DNA of 64,000 nucleotides from a virus (Duplodnaviria; Caudoviricetes), in IMG/VR virus record IMGVR_UViG_3300048502_000133, positions 1 to 64,000 of that record. The stretch is one strand, 5' to 3'. The notes below the pieces were generated by a model. The model worked only from the letters and a program-made list of their open reading frames with translations, was not told the DNA's origin and ran no database searches. The position numbers and the translations under genes were made by a program. Positions 35,720 to 44,048 of the stretch are shown one piece after another. The number at the start of each line of letters is the position of its first letter. Within the stretch, counting starts at the first letter, position 1.

Positions 35720-36180
35720 GTCCTGAACTTCTCCAGCTTCCCTTTGCCGCTCCCCGCGTAAATGCCCACCACTACCGGCGTCCCTTCGTCCAGCCCGCCG
35801 CCCAGCTCCAGCAGCCCGGCCTGCAGCGGCGGCGTGGTGCCGCGCACCACCAGCCGGAACTCCGCGCGCTGGGTCTGGAGATCTAGCTGTGTCGATGCGT
35901 TATCGATGTACCCAGGGAAATAGCGCTCTACCTCGTGCCCACCCGCAGTCAGGGGCAGGACCGCCGCCGCCCCCTGCTCTGACTCCAGCCGGATAAAATC
36001 CCCACCGGGCCAGCGGATCGTGATCCCCCAGTCGGTGTCCTCCTCCGGAATGATCTCTCCCTTCGACGTGCGCGTAGAGAACTCCGGTACCAGCTCCACT
36101 GACGCACCAGTATCTGCGTTCGCCCAGTCCAGGTGGCGCAAGATGGAGGCTATCTCCCAGGCCCGCGCCTCGCTAAACAC
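35716..36180 (-). CDS. hypothetical protein, paralogue of 36173-36940
   Basis: Shares AW..A..L...W..A.GA.V...P...GE.IP.ED..W...WPGGD..R.ES..GAA.V.P with its neighbour. Confidence 0.65.
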   Translation of the reverse strand: MFSEARAWEIASILRHLDWANADTGASVELVPEFSTRTSKGEIIPEEDTDWGITIRWPGGDFIRLESEQGAAAVLPLTAGGHEVERYFPGYIDNASTQLDLQTQRAEFRLVVRGTTPPLQAGLLELGGGLDEGTPVVVGIYAGSGKGKLEKFRT

Positions 36181-36940
36181 CCTTCTTTCCTTTTCCCTTG
36201 AGGGCGCCCACGACGATCTCCGCTACCTGCGTGCCCCAACGCGCCTGGGCCTCCTCGCGCTCCTTGCGTGCTGCCTCCTCCCCCGCCCGGAGCCCTGCCA
36301 TGAACGCTTCGCTGCCGACCGGCCCATCCTTCGCCTGCTGCACTGTCGCCTCGTTCGCGGTCCAGACCGGCACTGCAGCCTCCCACCGCTGGAGCTGTAC
36401 CGGGTCTTCCACCTTCGGGAAGTCCGTTTGCACCTCCGTAGGCGTGACTACCTGCTTCCACTGCTTGCCTTTCCTGGGCGGCTCCGCAGCGGCAATACCG
36501 ATCAAGACCCTGGCACCGGGCTGTACATGATCGAAGAAGTCAGATCCCGCAGGCGTGGCGCGCGGGCGGCGCCCGCTGATCGTCATGGTGAAGAGCTTGT
36601 CGGTATTCGGCGCGCTCGTCATGTCGATGTTGACCACGTTACAGGTCTGTACATAGCCCGGCACCGCCGCCGCCGGGCCACCGGCGCTCTCCTGTGTCGC
36701 GGCTTTGGGGGGCATGACCATCGCCGCCCCTGGCGGGCTTTCAATACGCATGGAGTCCCCGCCCGGCCAGTTCACCAGCACGTACCAGTAGCTATCCTCC
36801 GCCGGAATCTTTTCCCCGGTCAGGTCCAGCAGGTAGTCATCCGGGAGTACCTGCACCTGTGCCCCTCCAGCCACCACCCAGGGCGCGATTTTCAGCGCCT
36901 GGGCAGCGGTCCACGCCTGCTCATTGGTTAGACTGCTCAC
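36173..36940 (-). CDS. hypothetical protein, paralogue of 35716-36180
   Basis: Same N-terminal domain plus C-terminal helical extension. Confidence 0.65.
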   Translation of the reverse strand: MSSLTNEQAWTAAQALKIAPWVVAGGAQVQVLPDDYLLDLTGEKIPAEDSYWYVLVNWPGGDSMRIESPPGAAMVMPPKAATQESAGGPAAAVPGYVQTCNVVNIDMTSAPNTDKLFTMTISGRRPRATPAGSDFFDHVQPGARVLIGIAAAEPPRKGKQWKQVVTPTEVQTDFPKVEDPVQLQRWEAAVPVWTANEATVQQAKDGPVGSEAFMAGLRAGEEAARKEREEAQARWGTQVAEIVVGALKGKGKKGV

Positions 36941-37316
36941 CGCGTAGCTCCTCCACTTCCTGCACCACCAGCACCGCGCGCCGATCGGCGCGTGCTACTT
37001 TCACCTGCTCTACCCGGAGATCGATATGGCGGATGCTGTCGTCTACGATCACCCTCCCCTTGAGGGCGTCTACCAGCGGCTTGACGGCGCCGTAGGCGTT
37101 GTCCTTATCCATGAACCGCGTCGTTGGGTATTCCAGGGTCACCACGACTGATGCCAGGGGAAAGGGCGCCGGTGGGTGCTGCAGGTTAATCTGCAGGCCC
37201 AGGTGCCGTAAAATAGGCGCCAGGACCGATCGACGCTTGCCCCAGTTCATACGGCTGTTGGGGTTCGGCAGTACGCCCAGTGCTTCATAGCGATATATCC
37301 GTCCTACACTTCCCAT
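36921..37316 (-). CDS. rusA: RusA-like Holliday junction resolvase
   Basis: PNPNSR...DKDNAYGAVKPLVDAL...IVDDS catalytic Asp/Lys pattern. Confidence 0.85.
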   Translation of the reverse strand: MGSVGRIYRYEALGVLPNPNSRMNWGKRRSVLAPILRHLGLQINLQHPPAPFPLASVVVTLEYPTTRFMDKDNAYGAVKPLVDALKGRVIVDDSIRHIDLRVEQVKVARADRRAVLVVQEVEELRGEQSNQ

Positions 37317-37603
37317 CCCGAAGGGCTCCATCCGTCGCTGGCCTGCTCCACCTGCAGCCGGGGCTGTACCCACTCGCCGCCGGTTTCCTTGTCTTCCGCG
37401 CACCGGCGGGCGTGATCGCGGTCATGCTTCGCCAGAGTGAGTTCGTGCGTCAGCACATGCAGCTCCTCCAGCAGACTCTCTACCTCCTCCAGGCTAAACA
37501 CGTCGCCCGGCGTCGGTGCTCTCCCCAGATCGGCACGCAGGCGGGCGTTGTCTGCTTTCAAGCGCATGTTCACTAGCTGCTGCGTGGGGCGCCGCTTCCT
37601 CAC
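37304..37603 (-). CDS. hypothetical coiled-coil protein
   Basis: 99 aa in operon. Confidence 0.5.
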   Translation of the reverse strand: MRKRRPTQQLVNMRLKADNARLRADLGRAPTPGDVFSLEEVESLLEELHVLTHELTLAKHDRDHARRCAEDKETGGEWVQPRLQVEQASDGWSPSGWEV

Positions 37604-38061
37604 GCTTTCTTCCTCCCTTTCTTCTTTTCCGGCGCCTTCGTTACGCCGAAGACCAGCGCATCCCGCGCGGCTTTCTGGCGTGCGAAGGCATCTACTGCCG
37701 CCTGCCGACGATCGCCGCCTGTGCCCGTAATTTTGATGCGCTGGTACAGGTTTTCCCGGTACCAGTTCTTATCGCGCGGCGCGTTGTCGTAGGGCGTGTC
37801 CATGGTGTCGGATCCGGTGATCTGCTGAAAACAAGACCGGCAGTAGATGTTCCAGTTCTTCGCCGGTGGGCCGTAGTACGCCCGGCGCTCCGGCGGCGCG
37901 TAGCGGGAGTCCTGCAGACCCAGAAAGCACGTAGAACAGTGACACGCGGCAACACGACGCGGATCACTGGTTTCCTCCAGCTCTCGCTCTTCTCGATCGA
38001 AGTCGTCCTCCCGAACGGGCTTCCAGAAGGGGGTCCAGCGGCGCGAAGGAGGGGCGCTCAC
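37600..38061 (-). CDS. hypothetical Zn-binding protein
   Basis: GTG 38061 coupled to upstream stop; CHCSTC...CRSC. Confidence 0.55.
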   Translation of the reverse strand: MSAPPSRRWTPFWKPVREDDFDREERELEETSDPRRVAACHCSTCFLGLQDSRYAPPERRAYYGPPAKNWNIYCRSCFQQITGSDTMDTPYDNAPRDKNWYRENLYQRIKITGTGGDRRQAAVDAFARQKAARDALVFGVTKAPEKKKGRKKA

Positions 38062-38303
38062 CGGGCTAACCCAGGCCCGTAGACCACAACCACCAGACCC
38101 GCGATCGTTGCCACGAAGATCGCGGCCAACGCCGCAGAGCCCGGCCCGCCTCCTGCCATGATAAATGCCGCCCCTGCGGCGGTCAGCAGCGCAGCCGCAG
38201 CAAGGAACGCCACTGCCACAAACCCCAGCCATACCGCCGCGCAGAAAAATACCGCCATCCGGATCGCCTGGGCCATGCTGGGTGGGCGTCGTTTCTGGGC
38301 CAC
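38058..38303 (-). CDS. small two-helix membrane protein
   Basis: Two long hydrophobic segments. Confidence 0.55.
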   Translation of the reverse strand: MAQKRRPPSMAQAIRMAVFFCAAVWLGFVAVAFLAAAALLTAAGAAFIMAGGGPGSAALAAIFVATIAGLVVVVYGPGLAR

Positions 38304-38316
38304 GCTGAACTCCCCA

Positions 38317-38610
38317 CTAGACTACGCAGAACAACTTATGCAACCCAGGGCGCGGCTCCAGATAGTATTCCGATCGCCGCACCGGGCCAGCGGAGAAGGC
38401 GTACCCTGCAGGGCCGGTGATGTGGACTGCCACCAGATCGATGGTGATGCAGAACCCACCATCCAGCACCATATACGCTCCTTGAGACGTACTCTTCGCC
38501 TCCTCCACTGTCCCCTCAAACGTAGGCCCGCCGGTGATGTGCAGCTCCACCCGATTGCCGGGCGCCAGCCTACCGGCCAGCACGCCTCCTTCCTGATTTC
38601 GCCCCATCAC
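38317..38610 (-). CDS. hypothetical protein
   Basis: AAAGGAGG RBS; first gene after box promoter 4. Confidence 0.55.
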   Translation of the reverse strand: MMGRNQEGGVLAGRLAPGNRVELHITGGPTFEGTVEEAKSTSQGAYMVLDGGFCITIDLVAVHITGPAGYAFSAGPVRRSEYYLEPRPGLHKLFCVV

Positions 38611-38634
38611 CGCCTCCTTTCGTTTGCTGGTCCT

Positions 38635-38664
38635 ACTCTATCACACGTAGCAACGGGTGTACAA
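38635..38664 (-). promoter_or_regulatory. box promoter 4 (degenerate): TTGTAC-18-TAGAGT with variant box
   Basis: Plus strand CGTAGCAACG at 38646-38655 between the two hexamers. Confidence 0.65.
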
Positions 38665-38669
38665 GTGGG

Positions 38670-39023
38670 TTATGGGCGCCACTTGCGGAGAAGTTCATGC
38701 CCGCGCGGGTCAATCGTGATACCTATCTCACTGGCCTTGAACCCTGGAAAACGGGTCTCATACTGCTGGTCCAGCAGGATAGCCTCCTCACAGAGGGTAT
38801 GCGCCCACTCTTCGCGCGTACAGATGTTTTTCTCGATCAACAGGCGAATAATCGCGCTCTGCTCTGCCCGCAGGATCATGCTTAACTCGCGGTGATCCCG
38901 GACAGCATCGCACTCCGGATCGCCAACGGGGCGCGTCCCCAGTTGCCAGCCCGCGAAGACGGTGCGCCATTTCCGAAGCACCAGCAGCGCCGTACGTAAC
39001 TCATCTATCGTGCGCATTGACAT
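38670..39023 (-). CDS. hypothetical phage protein
   Basis: KWRTVFAGWQLGTR...DPE..AVRDHRE pattern seen in actinophage-type proteins. Confidence 0.6.
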   Translation of the reverse strand: MSMRTIDELRTALLVLRKWRTVFAGWQLGTRPVGDPECDAVRDHRELSMILRAEQSAIIRLLIEKNICTREEWAHTLCEEAILLDQQYETRFPGFKASEIGITIDPRGHELLRKWRP

Positions 39024-39145
39024 CAGGTTCTCTCTCTTTTCGCTCCCGGTACTCCCGGCGGCGTGGGCTCCTGGTACTTCGCCGCAGAAAGCGAGAGCTT
39101 CTGCACCAGGCTCAATAGGATCCGCTCCTTGTCGGTCATCTCCAT

Positions 39146-40009
39146 CTAGGCGCTCCTGAAGGCTTCAAACGCGGGCTTGTACATGATCCCGAAGTGCAGC
39201 GGCGGTGCGGCGTTCGCGGCGTCCAGGAGGGTAAACACCAGGCACCCCTCTACCTTTCCGCTGGCGCGCGCCAGCTTGAACAGTAGCTCCAGGTTCGACG
39301 CCTGCAGCTCCAGACTGACCTTTGACGTGTCCCAGCCTGCTTCGGTGATAAACACCGGCAGTTTGAACCGGGTCTCCAAATCCGCCAGCATCGCCGTAAA
39401 ATGCTCCGCCTGCAGCCCGCCCGCCTGATCCAGGTACGGGTGCCAGCCGATGCACTGGACGCGCTTCGTGAACCCGGCAACGTGCGAGATAGCCTCTGTG
39501 AGGTAGGCGCCCCCGGAGGTAACATGCGCGAACAGCCCACCGGTGATCACGCGCGATTGCGGGCTCACCCGCGCCAGGACGTTAAGCGCCCCTTCCAGCA
39601 GCGTGCCGTAAACCAATGGATGCAGCCCGGTTTCCCCTGGGTTAGAGTTAGGTTCGTTCCAGATCTCGACGTAATCAATCACGTCTCCGCCGCCGATGCG
39701 CGCCAGCGCGTTTTCAAACGCGGTGAGCCAGGTCTGAATATGCGCCGCCGGGACGGTCGCGGTCGTCCACTGCGCGGGGCTGATCTGGGGCGTCAGGGCC
39801 ATGCCGCACAGCAGCACCATCTTCATCGGTTCGTTTTTACGCATGTACGTGATATAGCCATCGTTCAGGCCGGGTGTCGCTTCGATACGCAATGCAGTGC
39901 AGCCGCGCGCCTGCATTGCGCGGTATTGATCCGTCCCCAGGTAGGTGTTGGTCTCCTGGGAGAGCGCCACCCCCTTGACAAACGGATCGGCGCCCGTCTC
40001 TTCTTCCAC
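39146..40009 (-). CDS. clan GH-A glycoside hydrolase (GH5/GH39-like)
   Basis: YVEIWNEPN (acid/base Glu), IGWHPY, PVFITEAGW (nucleophile Glu). Confidence 0.85.
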   Translation of the reverse strand: MEEETGADPFVKGVALSQETNTYLGTDQYRAMQARGCTALRIEATPGLNDGYITYMRKNEPMKMVLLCGMALTPQISPAQWTTATVPAAHIQTWLTAFENALARIGGGDVIDYVEIWNEPNSNPGETGLHPLVYGTLLEGALNVLARVSPQSRVITGGLFAHVTSGGAYLTEAISHVAGFTKRVQCIGWHPYLDQAGGLQAEHFTAMLADLETRFKLPVFITEAGWDTSKVSLELQASNLELLFKLARASGKVEGCLVFTLLDAANAAPPLHFGIMYKPAFEAFRSA

Positions 40010-40017
40010 AGTTCCTC

Positions 40018-40539
40018 CTAGTAGTTCTTCACGAGATGCACATGGCCCGACGCGCTCAGGTATGGGTAGAGCCCGCCCGGATCCGGGCCTGCGTAGACCA
40101 ACACAGAGCCGCGCGTGTTGCTGGAAGCCGGTATCCCCTCGCCGGGCTCAAATTGAATCCGCCCGTACCAGAAGACCAGCGCGTCGGGCCAGATCCAGAG
40201 ATCCTTGAACCACCGGGTATCGGTGCTTGACGGTACCAGCAGGATCCCACGCTGGAAACTCCCGCGCTCATACTCCTGCCGGAAGCGGTCTACCCATTTC
40301 GAGAGGTGCGGCTGCGTGTAGGGCGGATTGGCGAAAACTGTTCGTGCAGGGGTACCCGGTGCAACGTGCCAGGGGGTCGTGAGCCCGTCTTCTACCGGCG
40401 TGTAGTGCCGCTGGGCCGGGATGCGCCGCCCCATATCCGCGCAGGGGTCCAGCTCAATGCCCCCCAGCGCACGAGAGATGACCTCTACCACGTCCAGCGG
40501 CGTGTACCATTGTGTGCGGTCTAGCTTATCGGACATCAA
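40018..40539 (-). CDS. phage DNA N6-adenine methyltransferase (Dam-like, NPPY)
   Basis: QWYTP, ELDPCA, FANPPY, LLVPSSTDTRWF. Confidence 0.9.
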   Translation of the reverse strand: MMSDKLDRTQWYTPLDVVEVISRALGGIELDPCADMGRRIPAQRHYTPVEDGLTTPWHVAPGTPARTVFANPPYTQPHLSKWVDRFRQEYERGSFQRGILLVPSSTDTRWFKDLWIWPDALVFWYGRIQFEPGEGIPASSNTRGSVLVYAGPDPGGLYPYLSASGHVHLVKNY

Positions 40540-40786
40540 AGGGCGCCCCTACCAGAAAACCACGCAAGATGCGCAGCTGCCGATGCGCCCGATCGACACA
40601 GGCGCGGCGCAAGAATATCTCTATCTGGGTATCGTCTGCGAACGCCGCCGCGCGCAGCAGCCCGTATTCCGCGTCAGTGAGTGAGAGCAAAATACGCGGC
40701 TCCCGGACAGGGAGACCTTTTTCTCGCTCAAGCTGGAGCGCGTCCAGCGCTGCACCGACGCGCGCCACCTTCTCTTCCGGCGTCAC
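40526..40786 (-). CDS. small protein, possible ribbon-helix-helix DNA binder
   Basis: GTG 40786 coupled to upstream stop; RILLSLTDAEYGLLRAAA...IEIFLRRA. Confidence 0.45.
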   Translation of the reverse strand: MTPEEKVARVGAALDALQLEREKGLPVREPRILLSLTDAEYGLLRAAAFADDTQIEIFLRRACVDRAHRQLRILRGFLVGAPFDVR

Positions 40787-41298
40787 GGGTGGAGTTCCCG
40801 CAGCGCTTTTTCGAGCAGGTAGCGCGCCTCTTCGTAGCCCTTGAGATCGCTTTCCTCCGGGCGTGTGTACGGGCGGCTCAGGCAGAGTTCGTGGAGATCC
40901 GTCAGCTGTGAGATCGCCCCGAACATCGCCTGAGTCCAGGCGTTCATGTAAACCGCCAACCGCCAGGTCGTACCGCATCTCCGACATATGCCCACACTCT
41001 CTGTCTCTACGGGAAGTTCATGCAACGGCGCCATGAGATCCAGACACTTCTTGTGGAGCGTGCCCTGCATCAGGGAGTTACACGCCCGCAGTGCCGCCGC
41101 ACGCCGCATCAGCATATGGAGCGCGTCCGGCCCATCCTGGGCGGGAAGCGTTGCCTCCACTGCGGCGTCAAGAAAAATTGTTTCCTGGGCCAGCATCCCG
41201 AACCGGGTATAGCAGGCAAACAAGATCGCGCTGATCTCCGGATCTCCACCAGCGAGACGCAGCGCCGCCATGCGCACGCGCGCTACCTCTAACGTCAC
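40783..41298 (-). CDS. hypothetical protein
   Basis: 171 aa; H...CRRC segment. Confidence 0.55.
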   Translation of the reverse strand: MTLEVARVRMAALRLAGGDPEISAILFACYTRFGMLAQETIFLDAAVEATLPAQDGPDALHMLMRRAAALRACNSLMQGTLHKKCLDLMAPLHELPVETESVGICRRCGTTWRLAVYMNAWTQAMFGAISQLTDLHELCLSRPYTRPEESDLKGYEEARYLLEKALRELHP

Positions 41299-41867
41299 CC
41301 CTCTTCACCCTCCGACTCCGATTGCGTCATGCCGTAATACCCCAGGATGCTGGTTGCCGCCTCCCGAAGCAGCCAGGCGGCAGTTGCCTTTTCCTCCGGA
41401 CTTGCATCCTTGTTCGGGAAGGCACGCAGCAGTTGACCCAGGAAGGCTGACTTGAACATGTTGTATCGGCACTCCTTGCAGGGCAGAAAGCCCTCCTGCT
41501 CCAGGCGCTCCTGCACCTGCCGATACAGATCCGCCCGGTACTGTACCCGCCCGGAGCCGGTAAGCTGGCTGGTGATCGCCATGGAGCGCACCGCGCACCC
41601 CTTGAGGCAGTTCCCCAGGGCAGCGTCTGCCAGGCGCTCCAGGTGCTCTACTTCGTCATACATGCGCGCGAACAGCAGGTACCCTGTCACAGAGGGCACG
41701 TCCGATCCATCCTTCTGGGCCGCGATAAATCGATGCACTACGTCCACGCCCGGCATCAGCTTCTCTGCCGCCGCGCAGACCGTCACAAGGTTGCGTGCTT
41801 CCTGGAGGTTTCCTTTGGCCAGAAGCCGTATCGCCTCCACCACCTGATCGCTCTGAAGCGTCAGCAT
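41295..41867 (-). CDS. hypothetical protein
   Basis: 190 aa; CLKGC and CKEC. Confidence 0.55.
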   Translation of the reverse strand: MLTLQSDQVVEAIRLLAKGNLQEARNLVTVCAAAEKLMPGVDVVHRFIAAQKDGSDVPSVTGYLLFARMYDEVEHLERLADAALGNCLKGCAVRSMAITSQLTGSGRVQYRADLYRQVQERLEQEGFLPCKECRYNMFKSAFLGQLLRAFPNKDASPEEKATAAWLLREAATSILGYYGMTQSESEGEEG

Positions 41868-41891
41868 GTCCCCACTCTCCCGTCTGTAGTG

Positions 41892-42674
41892 TTATGCCCA
41901 GCGATACCCAAACCGGGCGGCACGCGCCGCCAGCGATTGCTCCAGTTCGTACTGGTCTTTCCAGGCAGTCAGGATAACCAGCGCCGCCCCGCGTATGCTG
42001 AGCTGTGACGCCAGAAGATAGATCCCGCGCGCCACTGCGGCGCCGTTCAGGAGTACGTCAGTGAAAATCAACGACTTCGCCGCCTGGGCCACGTCTGCGG
42101 CATGGGCGTGCGACAGCCCGCGCGCCGTCAATGCCCGGACTAACGCGGCGGTGAGATCCCCGGCGCCCGGTACGCCCTTGACACCGTGCTCCAGATACGC
42201 CGCCAGGAGGCGCGCGTGGGTAGCGGTGCGCTCCCCTGCTAGCTGGTGCTCCAGGTCTTTTGCCTTGGTCTTGAGCGAGAGGTGCATGAAGCTAATAGAC
42301 GCGTGATCCCGCCGCAGCAGGCGCGCCTGGAGCGCGTTCGGCACGCCCAGCGCCGCCAGCGCCGCGACGAGTTGCTTGCGCGCGTTGACCATCGGCGTCC
42401 CGCGCGTCTCGCTGAGTATTGCTTCTACCGGGATACCTGTCCGGTTCGCGGTCAGGGCGAACACCAGCCGGATCAACATGTCGCGCCGCCGCTGCTGGGC
42501 GGCGATGCGCGGTGTCTGGGTGCTGCTTTGTTCTCGTGCAGTCCGGGTGCCTTCCAGCACCCAGTCAAAATCAGGCAGGGCAGCCAACGTCTCCACCGGC
42601 GCCGCGTAGGGATGCGGGATCGGCGCGCACTTCAGGGAATTACGATCGTAGCGAAAAGCAACGGCTGCACTCAT
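41892..42674 (-). CDS. protein containing a DnaA domain IV-like HTH
   Basis: AILSETRGTPMVNARKQ...LQARLLRRDHASI matches the R...AR.....RDHS/T signature of DnaA C-terminal domains. Confidence 0.65.
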   Translation of the reverse strand: MSAAVAFRYDRNSLKCAPIPHPYAAPVETLAALPDFDWVLEGTRTAREQSSTQTPRIAAQQRRRDMLIRLVFALTANRTGIPVEAILSETRGTPMVNARKQLVAALAALGVPNALQARLLRRDHASISFMHLSLKTKAKDLEHQLAGERTATHARLLAAYLEHGVKGVPGAGDLTAALVRALTARGLSHAHAADVAQAAKSLIFTDVLLNGAAVARGIYLLASQLSIRGAALVILTAWKDQYELEQSLAARAARFGYRWA

Positions 42675-43408
42675 AAAGGCGTTTCTCTCTTGGCGTGGTC
42701 ATTCAGGATGCGGGCGTACTCCGCCAGCAGCTCCACTGCGAGTGTCTGGGAGACCTGTGCAGGGAGCGGCGGTACGTCCAGATCCAGTGTTTCCGCGCGC
42801 TTGGCCATATTCCGGAGGCGCTGCATCGTGTCGGCGGAGGCGGCGACAGCGGGGCCTTGCGGCAGAGCAGGGAGATCCGCGCGGCGCCCGATCTGGGCGG
42901 GCGGGGTCTGGGGAGATCGCGCACCAGCAGGATACTGCGGCGCCTGCTGTTTGGGGGTGGGGCTTCCGGCCTGTTGACCGGGCGCCTGGGGGACAGGCTG
43001 GGTATCGTGAAAAATCTGCATAACCTGAACGGACTCCGTATCGTCTCCCAGCTCATCTGCCGCGACGTAGCCCACGTCCAGGGCGTCTCTGAGCGCGCGT
43101 GCTTTGGCGCGCGTCTCTGCCATCCTGATAATGTGGGGAACAATACTCTTCCCCACGTTGACGACATTCGCGTCTCCGACACCAGAAAAGCTGCGCTCCG
43201 GAAGCGTGTCGGTAGCGGCAAAAACCGCTTCTGCGGTCATGACTGCCGTACCGCCATTCGTTTCATCCGGGAGCTGGACAACCTTCGTGCTGATGCGGAT
43301 AAGCCCCTCCTCATGCGCCAGGTGCAGCAGCCCTGGGTACAGGATTGCAGGCTTGCCCTGCCGCAGCATGATCCACTGTTTGGTCTCCTCTGTCGTTAAC
43401 GGGCGCAT
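42671..43408 (-). CDS. Rad52/Sak-like single-strand annealing protein
   Basis: LYPGLLHLAHEEG, FSGVGDAN, IIRMAETRAKARALRDAL. Confidence 0.7.
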   Translation of the reverse strand: MRPLTTEETKQWIMLRQGKPAILYPGLLHLAHEEGLIRISTKVVQLPDETNGGTAVMTAEAVFAATDTLPERSFSGVGDANVVNVGKSIVPHIIRMAETRAKARALRDALDVGYVAADELGDDTESVQVMQIFHDTQPVPQAPGQQAGSPTPKQQAPQYPAGARSPQTPPAQIGRRADLPALPQGPAVAASADTMQRLRNMAKRAETLDLDVPPLPAQVSQTLAVELLAEYARILNDHAKRETPL

Positions 43409-43500
43409 CGCGTCCCCCTCTACAGCACCGCGCACCGCGCACTGTCCCCGCCGGATACACTTCTGGCACGCTAGCCAGTGCGCAACTTGCTGGCACCGCC

Positions 43501-43529
43501 ACTATACACCTGTTGAAGTAAGAATACAA
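43501..43529 (-). promoter_or_regulatory. leftward promoter TTGTAT-17-TATAGT (no box)
   Basis: Minus strand TTGTATTCTTACTTCAACAGGTGTATAGT, heading the left arm. Confidence 0.75.
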
Positions 43530-43584
43530 TAGAAGATAGACGTGTAAAGTAGAATAAAACAGAATGGAGTATTGTAGTGTGCTA

Positions 43585-43593
43585 TGGTATAGT
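43585..43593 (+). promoter_or_regulatory. rightward extended -10 promoter TGgTATAGT
   Basis: TG-N-TATAGT about 50 nt upstream of the HTH gene at 43644. Confidence 0.6.
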
Positions 43594-43643
43594 GCTTCTA
43601 CGCGCGGGTATCCCGGTGCGTAGAAGGAAAGAGGGGAGAGCAT

Positions 43644-44009
43644 GTGAGCGCGCAGGCAGCACAACTTGCCCGCAAGGATATACCTGCGGGCGACTGGACA
43701 CCAGAGGCGATCGTCACCATCAAAGAGATAGAGGAGGTGCTGGGCATCCCGAACGCCACTGTCTACCGCTGGAAAAGAGCCGGGCTTATCGAGGCGCGCA
43801 TCCCGTTAGGGGTTCGCCGCTACGGGCTCCAGATAAGCGTGCGGAGTTTACACAGAGCGCTCCTGAGCCTTTCGGAGGATCGCGGCGTGGCTGCAGCCCG
43901 CCTTGAGCGCTATGTACATGCCAGAGAGCACGCGATCGCGGTACGGGGAGGGCAGCGGCTTCTCTCGCCGGTCTTCCTCCCGGACTGGTTGGCGGCGAAC
44001 CCCCAATAA
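43644..44009 (+). CDS. MerR/excisionase-like (HTH_17) DNA-binding protein
   Basis: VTIKEIEEVLGIPNATVYRWKRAGLIEA. Confidence 0.8.
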   Translation: MSAQAAQLARKDIPAGDWTPEAIVTIKEIEEVLGIPNATVYRWKRAGLIEARIPLGVRRYGLQISVRSLHRALLSLSEDRGVAAARLERYVHAREHAIAVRGGQRLLSPVFLPDWLAANPQ

Positions 44010-44048
44010 AGATGAGACGCGCGGCGGTGCTGACCGCGCGCCCCAAGA

